DNA from: Alloascoidea hylecoeti
Lineage: Eukaryota
Reading direction: 5' to 3'
Length of the DNA stretch: 48,122 nt
Assembly: GCA_001600815.1 (NCBI GenBank)
Contig: BCKZ01000047.1
Location: forward strand, 1-48,122
Made by a program: the position numbers and the translations under genes. The notes beneath the pieces are model-generated. The model saw only the letters and a list, made by a program, of their open reading frames with translations. It made no database searches and was not told where the DNA came from. Shown in pieces: positions 1 through 13,166 of the stretch. Positions within the stretch are counted from its first letter, which is position 1, and each line of letters begins with the position of its first letter.

Positions 1-18
1 TTAAAAATTGAGAAGGAG

Positions 19-154
19 TATTGGATATATAGTTATATAATTAAATTAAAATAGTTTTTGTTATTACATAGTTTCATATATATGGGGTGATATTTATGAA
101 ACTATGTAATATCAAAAACTATTTTTATCTAATTATATAACTATATATCCAATA
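19..154. mobile_element. Fold-back (palindromic) copia LTR preceded by polypurine tract GAGAAGGAG (10-18)
   Basis: Runs TATTGGATATATAG...CTATATATCCAATA with near-perfect inverted arms. The same sequence follows RNase H stop + PPT at 46676-46811 (-). Confidence 0.75.
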
Positions 155-691
155 CTATAGATTGAGTGAGAACCCCAAGTATATCCTACGAATGGTACAC
201 ACTGCTCCATCACGCTATCAAAACAACACCAGAATCTCATATTTGGAACTTGGATGAAACTGGTACCCAGTTTGGAGTCACTGATGAAGGGGAAAAGCGA
301 TTTGTGTCCTCTACCCAAAAGAAGTTTGCTCAAATTAAATTCCCGAGTGGTGAGTGAGCGCTCATCTCCGATGGTTCCAGGACTGCTCCACTCATTATAT
401 TTAATAAAAAGGAGGATGATGGTGTCTCACCTGCTTGGGTATCTGATAATGAAGATAGGACAAAGACTTGGGTATTTACATGTTCCGGTTCTGGTTATAT
501 AAATGGAGATTTGATGTTAAGATGGTTACACGAATTATGTTTACCCCATATTGCGTACGAAAAAGGATACATTATTTTATTAGACGGGAATTCTAGTCAT
601 ATCTCATTTAGACTAGTTATGGGATGTATTAAATATGATATTCGACTCTTTATATTGCCTGCACACCAGCCAATCGACGCAGGTATTAGAT
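155..691 (+). pseudogene. pogo/Fot1-type DDE_1 transposase fragment
   Basis: Motifs IWNLDETG, LLDGNSSH and LFILPAH, with an in-frame stop after PSGE and a frameshift. A further C-terminal scrap (LLAYGLI) lies at ~846-895. Confidence 0.9.
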
Positions 692-919
692 CTAAGTATA
701 TTGGATACACTGATTAAGAAGCCAGGGATTTGTTATACTTACGTTTCCTTATCTCTTGATGTAACTGCCCTGAAGTAACTCTTCGATTTGAGGGTGGTTT
801 TGAAATGATGTGAATTAAAAAGGGACATTTAATATATATATAGTATTGTTGGCTTATGGGCTCATCTGTGGCGATGTTCTTGAATTGTTTCTTTTTGAAC
901 GATGTCAGAACATCACTGT

Positions 920-954
920 TTAGTAATTTAATTATATAACTATATATCCAATAA
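920..954 (-). mobile_element. Terminal fragment of the TATTGGA LTR family
   Basis: TTAATTATATAACTATATATCCAATA is the reverse complement of the LTR start at 19 and 45642. Confidence 0.7.
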
Positions 955-966
955 GTATTCAGTTTC

Positions 967-1081
967 ATTGTTAGTCAATGTTACTTTTAAGGAAGAGAGA
1001 AGTAATTCCGTAGAATAAACCAGGGTATAAAGCGAATGAACAATACCAAATGTTATTGCAAAAAATTATCATATGCTAAAT
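967..1081 (-). ncRNA. Family B C/D-like RNA, truncated (box D end lost, box C ATGATAA)
   Basis: Homologous to 3514-3685. Conserved upstream block and GTAAGT (reverse complement at 1318-1323). Confidence 0.5.
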
Positions 1082-2479
1082 GTGATTCAACATCAATTAG
1101 GAGTATTTGTGACTGATGTCACTGTAGTAGAAACACCTAACGATGCCGTAGTAGATATATGTTCGTTAAACAGACGGGAATGAAATATAATTTCCAGACT
1201 TTACCTTAAATCACTTCAAACAACACCCAATAAAAATAAAGAAAGGAGAAGTTCGTAGGATTAAATTTATAACCATTCGTGGTCTAATCTATGCCACAGA
1301 CTCTAAATTACTTTTATACTTACATTTCTGTTTAATTTTGAAGGTAAAGTTAAAATATTTGAGTGCATTCCAAAGATGTCTACCATAGAGCAAAGTTAAA
1401 TAAGTAAAAAATATCAATGGTCAAAAGTATTTAAAGGTTAACTTGATCAAAAAATCACGTTTAATCAACATTCAATAAAATTCATATGCAATTTTTAGCT
1501 GTTTTTATTTGAGATAAATTTAATAATAATAATGATAATATATAATAATGAATACAAAAAAATTATTTTAAAATAGCAGGGAATAAAAAAAAGTTTGGTA
1601 AATTGAGCTAAAAACTAGATCTAATGAAAGTTGATAAATATACCATTTACAAATTACCTGTCAGTTGTCTGAATAGATACCGATGGGTGAAGTTTATAAT
1701 TTATTCTATTAATACTGAATAAAGAGTAATTATAAAATCATACAACATATCGCAGAGAAATTGTTCCATGTCTCTCCTTATATCTTTTCATGGTATAATG
1801 CTAACTTCATTTATTTTTTTAATTAATAATTTTAAACACTCTTGTGCTAGATAATCTCCCACATTACTTGATTAAAACTATATTCATAGTTGTGAATGAA
1901 AATAAAGGCATATATTTATTTAAATATATATTTCGAATGTTATCAATTCCAACAAATATTATAAATAATATATAGAAAGTTGAACCTAAAGTACTAGTTA
2001 AGCTTCCCATGTTCGTTGATTATGAAAATAAAAGGATCATGGATCCGGAAGAGGTGCTTATTATACCATATTTTAAAAAAAATTGTAGTAATGGGGAAAA
2101 CAAAAGGGAGAACGTTTGCATTATTCTCAGTTAAGTACACATGTCATTCTAATTCCTGTACGTCCCACAATTACAATGCTTCTGTTATACATAGTAGCAT
2201 GTCTACTCATAATGAGGTATGTTCACTTCTAGGTCTCGCCATAATTATAATTGGAAGAGATGAACGCGTGAAAAGAGGGGCCGGGTATAAATTTTGATTT
2301 TTCTAAATCATTCATTTTATTCTTTTAAATTTACCTTTAGTATCCCATCGAGATTAATTGCTATTTCAACTAAAATTTATCCACTATCCTATAACGGTCT
2401 TCATTAACCACCTTATGCGATGTATACTTTCTTAGTGTAACCATTTAATTTCCTATTGAATTGTAATATTATGGAAAAT

Positions 2480-2590
2480 CAATAATCTTACAAAGAATTA
2501 ATAAACAGATTAATTTAAATATCTTGTTTCATTATCTTAATAATCGATATTTATGAAGCACTATGATGTCATTCAATATATCAGAAATTA
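2480..2590 (+). ncRNA. Family A C/D-like RNA, degenerate (box C lost, box D CAGA)
   Basis: Core homology; CGCGTG/TATA at 2265-2291; downstream hairpin at 2789-2813. Confidence 0.5.
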
Positions 2591-3513
2591 ATAAGTGATA
2601 AGGATATCACATTGTTGGAGAATATAATTTAAAAAATATGAAGCTTTTACCAGCAACTTCTTTATATATCAAAAGACTTAGTACTTATAACTAAATAGAA
2701 TATCTAAAATCATAGGTAGTAATACAATTCTCTGTTAAGTTTATATGAATATTGCATATTTATTGATGATTATTTACATAATTTATAGGTCATTGCAAGT
2801 GAATTGCAATGACTGTTGATGAAGGTATATATAATTTGAAACGGAAATATCACTTGTAATTAGCGATTACATAAATTTGTTCAATATATTTATACTTTAT
2901 CGATACTACTAATATTAACTTACTAACTGTTTAATATATTATAAGGTTGCTCCGAGACAAAACAAATGACTTGACAGAGTGATCCAAAAATTTATTTTAT
3001 CAAGATTGTAAGGATATAGCGATAATTTAGCTGAAGTGAAAATAACTTATCTTATAAAAAGAGGAAACTACTTACTATTTATATAGGCTTTCATAGCCGG
3101 GTAGCTATACTTTAAGTTACAATTGATACCTGAGAACCTGACAAAGATGATTTAGATTTTCCATCATAGTACCCACCATCTGTGGCTATTCCTGTTTAAT
3201 AGATGTGATTTTGGATGTGTCGTCAATTTTTCTGTGTTTGTTGTTAAAAATATTTTGATTTTTTACTTTACTATCCCATTTGAAAGCCAAGGATATAATC
3301 GATACCTTCAGTGGCAATAAAGAGTCTTACATACTGTTATACTAGATGTAAGATTAATGAATTGCATAATCTTAAAGACGTTATAAGTAACTTCACTAAA
3401 TTATCTCATCATTCAAATATTTTTGACGCTAAAGAGAATAATATCAAATATTGTACAGAATACGCGATTGTTTATTTCTCTCAGCACAAAGGATGCCAGT
3501 AATGAAGAAGAAG

Positions 3514-3685
3514 ATTTTGCATCAGAAAGCTTGCTTAGTTAATGACTACTTGTATCTTCTTCCTGAACATTGATGTTAGTCAATGTTACTTCTCCAAAAG
3601 GGAGAAATGAATCTCTGTGGGATAAATCAGGGTAAAAACTAAGTAAATATAACGGGATATCGCAAAAGATCATCATATGCAAAAT
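3514..3685 (-). ncRNA. Family B orphan box C/D RNA
   Basis: Box C ATGATGA (3676-3670), box D CTGA (3525-3522), terminal stem ATTTTGCA/TGCAAAAT, GTAAGT at 3904-3899. Confidence 0.7.
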
Positions 3686-5535
3686 GTAACTCAACATGAA
3701 CTGCTTTCACAAGATATAGAAACGTAAGTTGAATGTTAGCAAAATCAGTTTCCATGGTTGACAGATCTGATAGGTCAACACGATACTGAAGATCCGTATC
3801 ATATAATGAAATATGTAAAGAAGAAATTTGAAGGTGGAATTAAATATAACGAAATATTCGTGATATAATATACAGCAAGTACTCTAAATTACTCTTAAAC
3901 TTACATTTGTTTTTATTTTTAAACGTAAAATTATAAATGTTAAAAATTTAGCTTTGATTGAGTTCATAATTAAAAATATGATGAAGCAAAGTTAAATAAA
4001 CAAAATATGGATGTATTAGTTTTTGAAGGTTGACTTGGTCAATAGATCATATTTATTTATTAAGATTCTTATAATCACCGTCTTTTTTTATCTACGTGTG
4101 ACATACACACACAGTAGGGATAAGGAAAAAAAATTAAATTAAATTATAAAGAATTGTTTGAATGAGCTCAAATATTTTTTCACCAAGTCATCAATACCCA
4201 TAATTTTCTGGTTTTAAAAAAGAGCTCAATGGTTAGTTTTCCATATTCCACATATCAACACCACAGGAAATAGAATCCTCAATCAATTAATTATTAAACT
4301 ACCCATATCATAATTGTAGAGAAAGCCGAATTTAGGATCAGTAAGTATATGCTGTAACATAATTCCTCTTTAGGTGAACTAGAATAATATGTTGGTGTAT
4401 ATTTTATTAACACCAATGTATAAAATTGTAGAGCTTGTTATATATAAATCAATTAATATTATACCTTACAACAATTCCAACAACAGATGATGCTTTTCAA
4501 AATTAAATATCAGAAACTTAAATAATTTGATCAACATAATCTGAATTTAATGAATATTAATAATTTCTCAAAACTCTGAAACATTTTATATCTCATGTCA
4601 TAGAATGGAAATAAAAAAGTAATTCAATTAAATAATTTCAGGCAGGTATATTAAAAAGCTATAAGAATAATCAAAATCTTCATCATTTCTTTAAACCTTT
4701 GACCAATGCAATAATAACTAATTTAGGATGAATGAGAAACTTTAATTATTAACAAATATTTCTTTATTTCGTAATGCTTTAGAATTATTTGTTTGTGTAT
4801 AGATTATTCTTGTACAAGTTTTTATTAATGAAGCGTGTATAGGAATTTTTTAACCAGCTAATAAATTATACTTAAACAAATATCTTATGGGAAACAAAAC
4901 TATAATAAAACAAATGTAGAGATACTTAGGGACGCAATTAATGAACTCTCTGTCAGATGGTAAAACCAAATCTGAATTTCATTTTTGAATTTTGAACAAA
5001 ATGATAACGCGTAAATCTTGAACAAAGTGATACAGAAGTTGCCAAACATTAATAAAAAACTTTATTCAACCATTTTTTGAAAAAAAATCTTCCGTTAATT
5101 TCTGACAACATTTATCATGGTTACTTAGTGAAAATGAAACATATTTTCAAATCTTATCGGTGTTGATATCCCTTGATCATAAATATAAAATAGTAATCAA
5201 AGTCTTTCTTAAAATCTCACTTACTGCAAACTTCAAACATTTCTTCAACAACCTGATGCCTTTATATTTTGGAGGCTAAATTTCCTGATTTATTTGATGT
5301 TTATGCTATACGACGATATTGATACATAAACACCAATTTCATTCGATATGTATAACTTATAATCCATTTTAAAATATATTAAAATAACTTTTATATAACT
5401 CTGGTGAATTTTCTAGCTTTTCAATTACAATTAGGTATTAAAGGTATCAAAAATATAATAGTGATGAATTGCATGAACTTAATTAAGGAAGTTATTAGCT
5501 TGACTTGAACAATATCTCAATGTGATACATATTAT

Positions 5536-5628
5536 TGTTGGATATATATTACACTCTTAGAACAGTTCACTAAAGAGTCGATTGGCTTTTTGGCGCAATT
5601 GGGAGAACAGGCACTTTGAACTTTAACA
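5536..5628 (+). mobile_element. 93-bp solo LTR (TG...CA)
   Basis: TGTTGG...TTAACA flanked by 5-bp TSD ATTAT; four near-identical copies in the window. Confidence 0.9.
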
Positions 5629-5751
5629 ATTATCTATCAGAAATTACACCCAATTCTCTTATTAAAGCATTAGAGAAATATATCACACGCTGTCTAGAGT
5701 TAATTACTATTTATTTATAACAACGCAAGTGTTGTCATTAACGAAACAGAA

Positions 5752-5927
5752 CCTTTTCGCATCAGAAAGCTTGCTTGATACATAATCGCTTGTAGCTTCT
5801 TCCTCAACATTGATAGTTAATAAATGTTCTTTCTAGCGGAAGAGAGATGTGAATCTCCCTGGAATAAACCAGGGTACAAAGTGAATAAACATAACCAAAA
5901 ATTGCAAGAGATCATCACTTGCAAAAT
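5752..5927 (-). ncRNA. Family B orphan box C/D RNA
   Basis: GTGATGA (5918-5912), CTGA (5765-5762), internal hairpins CCCTGG/CCAGGG and GAGAT/ATCTC. Confidence 0.7.
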
Positions 5928-8290
5928 GTAGTAGTAACCCTAACTAAAGAAGTAAACATGAATCTCCATACCTCTAAGCAACACATCTCTAATGGGAGAA
6001 AATTAGTTAAAAAACGAAGCCATCAAACATAACACCAAATTTAGTTAAAAATAAGAAAAGGAGAACTTTGTGAGTTCAATAAATTTACAATCATTCGTGA
6101 TCAAATCTACGGCACAGACTTTAAATTACTTCGATACTTATACATTTGTTTTCAAACGTTAAGAAGGTAAATAAATGTAATAATTGATTGGATACCCAAA
6201 AAAACAAGAACAAATGATTAGAATATCAATGGTCACAATTATCTGACGGTTAACATTACTGGCAAGATATATGTTATTAAAATATATATATATACAGCAT
6301 AATCTGAAAAATCTATTGAATATTATTCATTAATAGGTTATCATTATATGAATCTAAGAAATAATGGCAGTAAAATATAGATCATCTTACTCCTTTATTA
6401 AAACTTTGAAACCTTAATCCATATTTAATAACCATAAAACCAACCTGCAACAAAAAAGTTGTCAAACTTACTAGTGCTATATATTTTTTATTTGAATATA
6501 TTGGAAATATATATCAAATTAGATCGGTGTATATATAGCAATCCCTCTGAGCTAGCTAATACAATTATGATTTCCAATGGATTATGATACAGGCCACGTT
6601 CTTCTGAAATTAAGAAAGAAACAAATGTATGTTAAATGTTAAGCTTTAACAATTTCCGGACCATGATGACCTTTCGCTGTTCAACTTTCTTCTCCTCCAC
6701 TGTTTATAAGATTATAAGAACATCTTCGAGGTCCCCCAATTTGTCAACTTTAATAGATATTAACATTTACCAACAACTACAATATTCGTTTAAGGTAATA
6801 GAATTAAAATCAAGTACTAATCAAGAATAATGGCTTTTGTTATCATCTAAACGGGATAATCAGGATTATATAAATACAGACGCATTATTTGTACTACATT
6901 TTTTACTTCTTGTTGATACTTGCATTATACTTTAAGGGAGCGTTCATACCTCTTAAGCTTAAATATTCTGAAGCCATCCACTCTTTTATTTCACGTGTTT
7001 ATTTGCTGTTAATAATAATAAATATTGTTATCCCCGGAAAATTTAAGTACGTATCATATCTAGTCAACTCACCATTATTTAAGTATAATTAGAGAAATAG
7101 TCTAATCACAGATGGTTGAAATTGGGATCGGTTTTTTATGTGGCTTTTAGCTTAATTTTTGCTGCTGGAATTAGAGAGTCGTTTGGTTTAAAGTTGAGGG
7201 CTTCAAAAGTTTACTATTAATTCAGTGTTACAAATGGTCTAACATTAGACTATTGTACAAACGAAAGTAATATATCACAATGGACCAATATGCATCTATT
7301 ATCGTGACAAATATTAAATCGAAAATTCGGTGGGAATTAAGTCATCTGAATGTAACCTCTTTTAAAGTAAATTTCAATATCATCTAAGTATGGAAAACAA
7401 TGAATTCTTGTATAGCATGAGTAAAATGTACTACTGTAGTTACATGACCATGCTGGTTATGATATTGTATCTAATACTATTAGAGTCACCTAAGATGTCA
7501 ATAATCATTAGTGCCAAACTGATACGTTTTATTGCTTGGAGTAGTAAAAGAGGCATATTTTGGGAATCATTTCTATACATTTTGGGTCTTAAATACAGAA
7601 TTGGTTACACAAATCAAAATAATGGTTTAAAGTTAATTTTATAAAGAAAGACTTGTGAATATTACAAAAAGAAATTATGTTGAGAACTAATTATATAATA
7701 AATTTGATAAGCTTATGGATATGTTTGCAACCTCAAGAAATGCTGATAAAATCTTGTAATTTATAAGGACGGTTTAACCAAAATTGTCTTATATTTTGAA
7801 AATGATTCGGATATGTTAATGAATTTTAAGTTTTATAAACATATGGGATTCTTATTATTTAGGGGGTATATTAGATTTTTGGTTGCTAAGGAAAATAAAT
7901 TGCATTATCTTAACAAGAGAGAGAAGAAGAAAAAGTAGTTAAAAAGAAAAAAAAGTTTTCAACAAATTCCTAATAGATATCATTTACTGAAGCTGGTATC
8001 TTTTTCATAATTCGAATGTTGCCTATACTTCTATTATAATGTTTAACTTTGAGTAGTCCAGGTATCTCTGAGAACAATATACAAGGTATATGTAAATTGT
8101 AATTGATTATTTTGAATCCGCCTCTTTCAACAATAAACTATTAAACATACAGCCAATAGTTAATCGTCAACGTTTCTGAATACGTAAAACTTGGTAGACC
8201 ATTAATTAATGCATCGACTGGGTAAATGTAAGTAAAATTAATACATATCGCAAGTAAGGCTAGCTGTGCCTAACGATGCACATACATACG

Positions 8291-8326
8291 CACGTGAAAC
8301 ATAATGGGGGCAGCATGGTATAAATA
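8291..8326 (+). promoter_or_regulatory. Representative family A promoter: CACGTG E-box plus TATAAATA
   Basis: CACGTG, usually followed by a TATA-like motif, lies ~140-340 bp upstream of box C in most family A copies (19717, 22146, 24857, 26950, 32060, 36508, 42719, 44529; also 29458). Confidence 0.6.
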
Positions 8327-8583
8327 TTAATCGATCTTCCCCAATCATTTCTTCAATATTTGTTTCTCTGGATAAAAGATAGGTTTCCATTAATTTTTAT
8401 TTAAATTTACAATCGGGTTTGTAATAATTGTTTCATAATCCTAAATCATCAATGAGTTTATAAATTCTTTTTAAATAAATATGTTAACTTTTATAATTGC
8501 TAACCTTTATTTTTAAAACCGAGCAATAATTCTCCTGACTATCTAGTTATCTCTAACCATCAACTTAATAACATTCATATACA

Positions 8584-8752
8584 AAATTAATGATGATAAT
8601 AATTATAACTGCATCACCTTAAATTCTTCAACAAAGATTATTAACATACTAAAGAATTAATTAACAGATTTATTTATGGATCATGTTTGATTATCTTTAT
8701 GATCAATAATTTGAAGTGCTATGAATAGGATAATTGAATATTTCTGAAATTT
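8584..8752 (+). ncRNA. Family A orphan box C/D RNA
   Basis: ATGATGA 8590-8596, CTGA 8744-8747, terminal stem AAATT/AATTT. Branch-like TACTAAG and CAG at 8942 lie downstream. Confidence 0.7.
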
Positions 8753-9132
8753 ACTGAGTAAAGGAGATGTCTCGTGGGTGGCGACTTTGCAAGATTTGAA
8801 GTTTCTACTTGCAATTACTTTCTTATCAACACAATATCATTTATAAATAAATGATATTGTTAAGAATAAAGCTTTATTTATAGGTCGTTTTGTGTTGATG
8901 AAAAATTCTCCAACTACTAAGATAAATTGATTTATTATACAGGTCATTGCAATTGGTTTGCAATGACAGGTGATGAAGGTGTAATTTGAAATATAAATAT
9001 TTTTTTAATTCACGATTACGGGTATAATCTGTATTAATATCTTTGGTTTGATGGTCGTCTTAATTCATTGCAAATATATATAAGATCGCATAAAGATACC
9101 ACCAACACTTCTTTTTTAAACGGAAATATATC

Positions 9133-9372
9133 TGTTGATTATATGGAAGAACATGGTAGAACAATTTTATAGTTCATTATTTAGATTAATTAGACTAAGT
9201 AGTTTTTGTGGATTCCATAATTTATATAGAGGAATTCCCACATTTTAGAAAATATCGTAAAAATATAATATAATAAATATATTCATATTTAATCTCCAAG
9301 AGTTTAAGAACAACGTGTTTATACAATCTGAGGACATCAATTAACAATGAGCGAACAAGAATCAACATCTAA
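9133..9372 (+). mobile_element. Solo LTR, ~240 bp (TGTTGA...TCAACA family)
   Basis: Closely similar copy at 18184-18436, inverted termini, and ATG near the 3' end as in LTR-initiated gag. No clear TSD. Confidence 0.7.
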
Positions 9373-9913
9373 AATGATTTATATTAAATCCTGAAGAAAG
9401 AAAAATATGTAAAGTTATTTTCATTGATATATTAATAATTAGAATTAATATATTTGTTACACGTATATATATAAAATATAAGTGGGATTATATATTGTGA
9501 TTTATATATACATAAATAAGCTAAGTGGTTTTTCTTAACTATCAAACTATCATTATATATACTTCAATATATATGTCCTTTAATTCTCCTATTCTATTAC
9601 TTTATAATTTTGTCTGGTATTTAAATAAATAAAAATCTTAAAAATTGAAATCACTCTGGACCTTTATTCTTGGAAGTATATAAAATATATCGTCTTCCCT
9701 GGAATCGGGATATTTATGTTTAGGATCTATATTTAAGAGGTTTTCACTAACATTTAAAATTCCAATCTCTCATTATGCCTATAAGTATTAATTTTAGTAT
9801 ATTGATATGGCGGATGCACCTGGTCAAACAAAGTTACAACTAATGGACATTTTGGAACATTAAAACCTTTCTTCTTTTCTTTTCTATTTACTATCTTCAA
9901 AATATCTGTTAGA

Positions 9914-10086
9914 TATTAAGGTTTGTTGTGGTTAGTTTATGAAATGAGGCTCGATATTAGTAGTTACTATATAGTCAGCCATTTCTACTTGTTTTTATAG
10001 AACAGATATATATACAATAATATACTGCAGCTCAAATATGCCAGATCCAAAAGAAGTATTAAGTATTTAATATGGTAGCGGCGCGG
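9914..10086 (+). mobile_element. LTR with TATTAA...TTAATA termini followed by PBS TGGTAGCGGCGCGG
   Basis: PBS at 10073 is identical to that at 40807; related LTR on the minus strand at 13167-13368. Confidence 0.75.
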
Positions 10087-10483
10087 TTGCGGGAAGCAAA
10101 ATCTGGGTTAGCGTTAATTGAATTTGTACACCCTAAAAGATGTTACGTTATAAGTTTTAAATATCAGCAATATGAATTCAAAATCGAAAAATATATTACG
10201 AAATAAGATTCAGGGCAATAATTTGTTTACAGATTTATAAGTTGTTTTTTAGAGTTAACCGAATTATAGATTTGATTACGAAAATTTATAAATTAGCGTG
10301 AATCTACCAACCTTCTCCTCTCTTTATCTTTAAACACCTTAAACCCCAGGTTGGTTGTATTTCTGAGCTGTTTTCCACTGAAGATAGCTTTCGTCAATTA
10401 CATTTTGAAGATTTATGCATATAGATCTGATTCTCTTTGGCCGTCTGATATGTTCCCTTTCAATATTCATACAGACGTCGCCA

Positions 10484-10660
10484 CCTTTTGCAAATGATGA
10501 TGCCCTGCAACAGACTCTGGTGTTGTTACTCACTTTGGGCCCCGCTTTATTTCAAGGGAATTCATCTCTCTTTTCTGAAAAGTAATATTGACTAATTATG
10601 AATTTTCTTGAAGAAGTTTCAAATGATTATATACCATGCAAGCTTTCTGATGCAAAAAGG
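10484..10660 (+). ncRNA. Family B orphan box C/D RNA (divergent copy, opposite orientation)
   Basis: ATGATGA 10494-10500, CTGA 10647-10650, stem CCTTTTGCA/TGCAAAAAGG. Confidence 0.7.
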
Positions 10661-12632
10661 TTTCCACCAATGAAAGATACCATAGTGCTGATAAAACAAT
10701 AGCAAATGTTGAAAAACTTGTGTCATATTATTCTTTAATATTTTACGGTATAATCATTTGGATTGGAAAATTTTGTGAAGGTTCTTATAACATCTTTAAG
10801 CTTATTTAGTTGAACATTATTATAGTATTAATAACTCTAAAACCTATCTGAAATTGAATATCTATCAGTACTATTAGAATCCTATAGGTTTTGGTTTCCT
10901 ATATTTGATATCGGATTACATGTACATGTGACGTTTTTAAATATCGAAATGAATAATTGAATGGGTTACAATATCTTGGAATAAAGTATTTAGGTAACAT
11001 GCAAATAATATAAGCTTGAAATCTAATGGATCGTCGTTGAAAAGGTATTTCTATCATTTAATATTCTTGTAATTATACCCGAATCACCAATAATAATAAT
11101 GAATATATATAATCTTTCAAAGGAAATCCATGTGAGGTATATTAAGTTTTGGACTCTACACTAGGTATACTTAAATATATAATATTGTTAAGATTTTTTT
11201 AACAACTTACATAGCTTGAGAACCCTTTTATCTTACCCATTAATATAACACAACTTTGTAATTAATTATTTAACAAGAAACGTTATTGGTTACGTTGTTA
11301 TATTTCTCTCTATTAAAGTGTTTGATACATGTAGCTAAATGCTATCCATTTACTGTAATAACGGGTAAGAAATCTATAGTGTAGCTCGTAAATCGACTTT
11401 ACGATTGACGATTACATATCTTTACTATAGAAATTGATAATTAATCGATATTAATATCTATTGCTTAATAATCGTTATAATGTACTATAAAATAAAATAA
11501 TGATATGCAAATGTATTAACTTAACTGTCTGAAGCTTCATTGAGATGAAAAAAAGCATCTCTACGTTTTTCTATCAAATCTATTCCTCATGTTCGCTATA
11601 ACTTCTTTAAGGATGTCTATTCTCTTGTGAATATTTTAGTATTTAAACTAATAGGTATATTAGAGTTTACCCGATATTTTGAATTTTCATGTGCATTAAT
11701 TTATATATTGAGATAGTACAAATGAAGCAGCCAAATAATCCCAGATCCCCTTTAATATCACGTGATTGAGTAGTACAAATTCCATCGGAGAATATCTGAA
11801 ATATACCCAGAGTTTAAGTATCAACCATTATATAGCTCATTATCTGGATAGTAAATCTCATAACTTAAAGATTGTATTGTAGTACAATGATCAATGATAT
11901 CGAAGTGTACGTAAAATTATATGATTTCTAACTGTTACTGCGTGGAATTACTAATGATTAGAAATATAGCTATAAAGCCTAACCAAAACCTTTTTTTAGT
12001 ATGAAATCAATAGCAAAACTAGGTTTGAAGAATGGAGAAACTAGAGGGTTCTCAAGTCAACAATATGCATAAAACTTACCATTTCATTGTAATAAAGGGA
12101 ACATGCATAGATTCCAAATATAAAATATAACTCTATGAGTGTTCATTTAAGGGATTATATGTACAAATTTTTTTTATGATTAGTGATTTTATTATAATGA
12201 AAACAGTACCTGTTCAACAATTAGAATTTTGATTTCATGCTTTAATAAATATTTTCATTTATAACGATTCATTTAATATTTAATTTATATTATTGCCTTT
12301 TTATCTAAATAAAATTTATTAAGAGATTGTAACACATTCAGCGATTCATTCTGAGACTTATGAACCAATTTAAAAATATATATATATATTTTTTTTTTCC
12401 AATAAATCTTATGATTCTAGTGATTTTGATAAATTTTCAATTAAAGCTGAGTTTTAGAGTTATTAAAACTATAATAGTAAAGAATTGCATAAACTTAAAG
12501 ACGTTTAAAGCAACTTCAAGAAATTCGCAAATATAAATCATTTTAATACTAAAAGATAATATCACTCATATTTTTCGAATAAGCCATTATTTGTTTCTAA
12601 TGACACACTTGTTGCTATTTATAACTCGAAAC

Positions 12633-12806
12633 CATTTTGCATCAGAAGTATCGCATGATATATATACACCTATGTACCTTCTTCCTGAACCTTGATTATT
12701 AGTCAATGTTCCCGGAAGAGAGATATGAATCTCCATGGAACAAAGAAGGGTACAAAACCAAAAGGAAATACCAAACATCATTGCAAAACATCATCACTTG
12801 CAAGAT
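12633..12806 (-). ncRNA. Family B orphan box C/D RNA
   Basis: GTGATGA (12797-12791), CTGA (12645-12642), both conserved flanking blocks present. Confidence 0.7.
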
Positions 12807-13166
12807 GTGACGACTTTTGAACGAAGCTAACTGAAGAAGATATACACTTCAAACAGCAGAAAATGATAATGGAAAAACTCCTCAACATTTAGTTGAACAC
12901 AAGCCTTTTCTTACGAAGTTAGAAATCTCCATATTCAGGCTTATGTGCTCAAAGATAAAGAAGAGACAGTTTTGTTAGATTCAGTTGAATTTATAAACTT
13001 TCGTGATGTAATCTACACTACAGACTTCAAATTACAACATATACTTAAATATTTATTTATAACTTTGATTATAGGAATTTATAGATGTAGATGTGAATAT
13101 GGTTTTATAATTATTAATGATACTTTAATATATAAGGAAATGTTTGCTTCTTATTTCGTTTTATAA

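Noticed and set aside
5581..5597. U2 snRNA-like words in the 93-bp repeat (GGCTTTTTGGC; CTGTTCT..AGTGTAA)
   Set aside because: The two words are on opposite strands, GTAGTA is absent, and TSDs show the unit is an LTR.
5870..5882. CTTTGTACCC on the family B RNA strand resembles the S. cerevisiae U3 central stem
   Set aside because: Only a 10-nt match; no box A/A', box B or U3 5' domain is recognisable.
12587..13166. Short ORFs over family B (also 3311, 10339, 23544, 23704, 30894)
   Set aside because: They use different frames and strands in different copies, consistent with chance ORFs over an RNA repeat.
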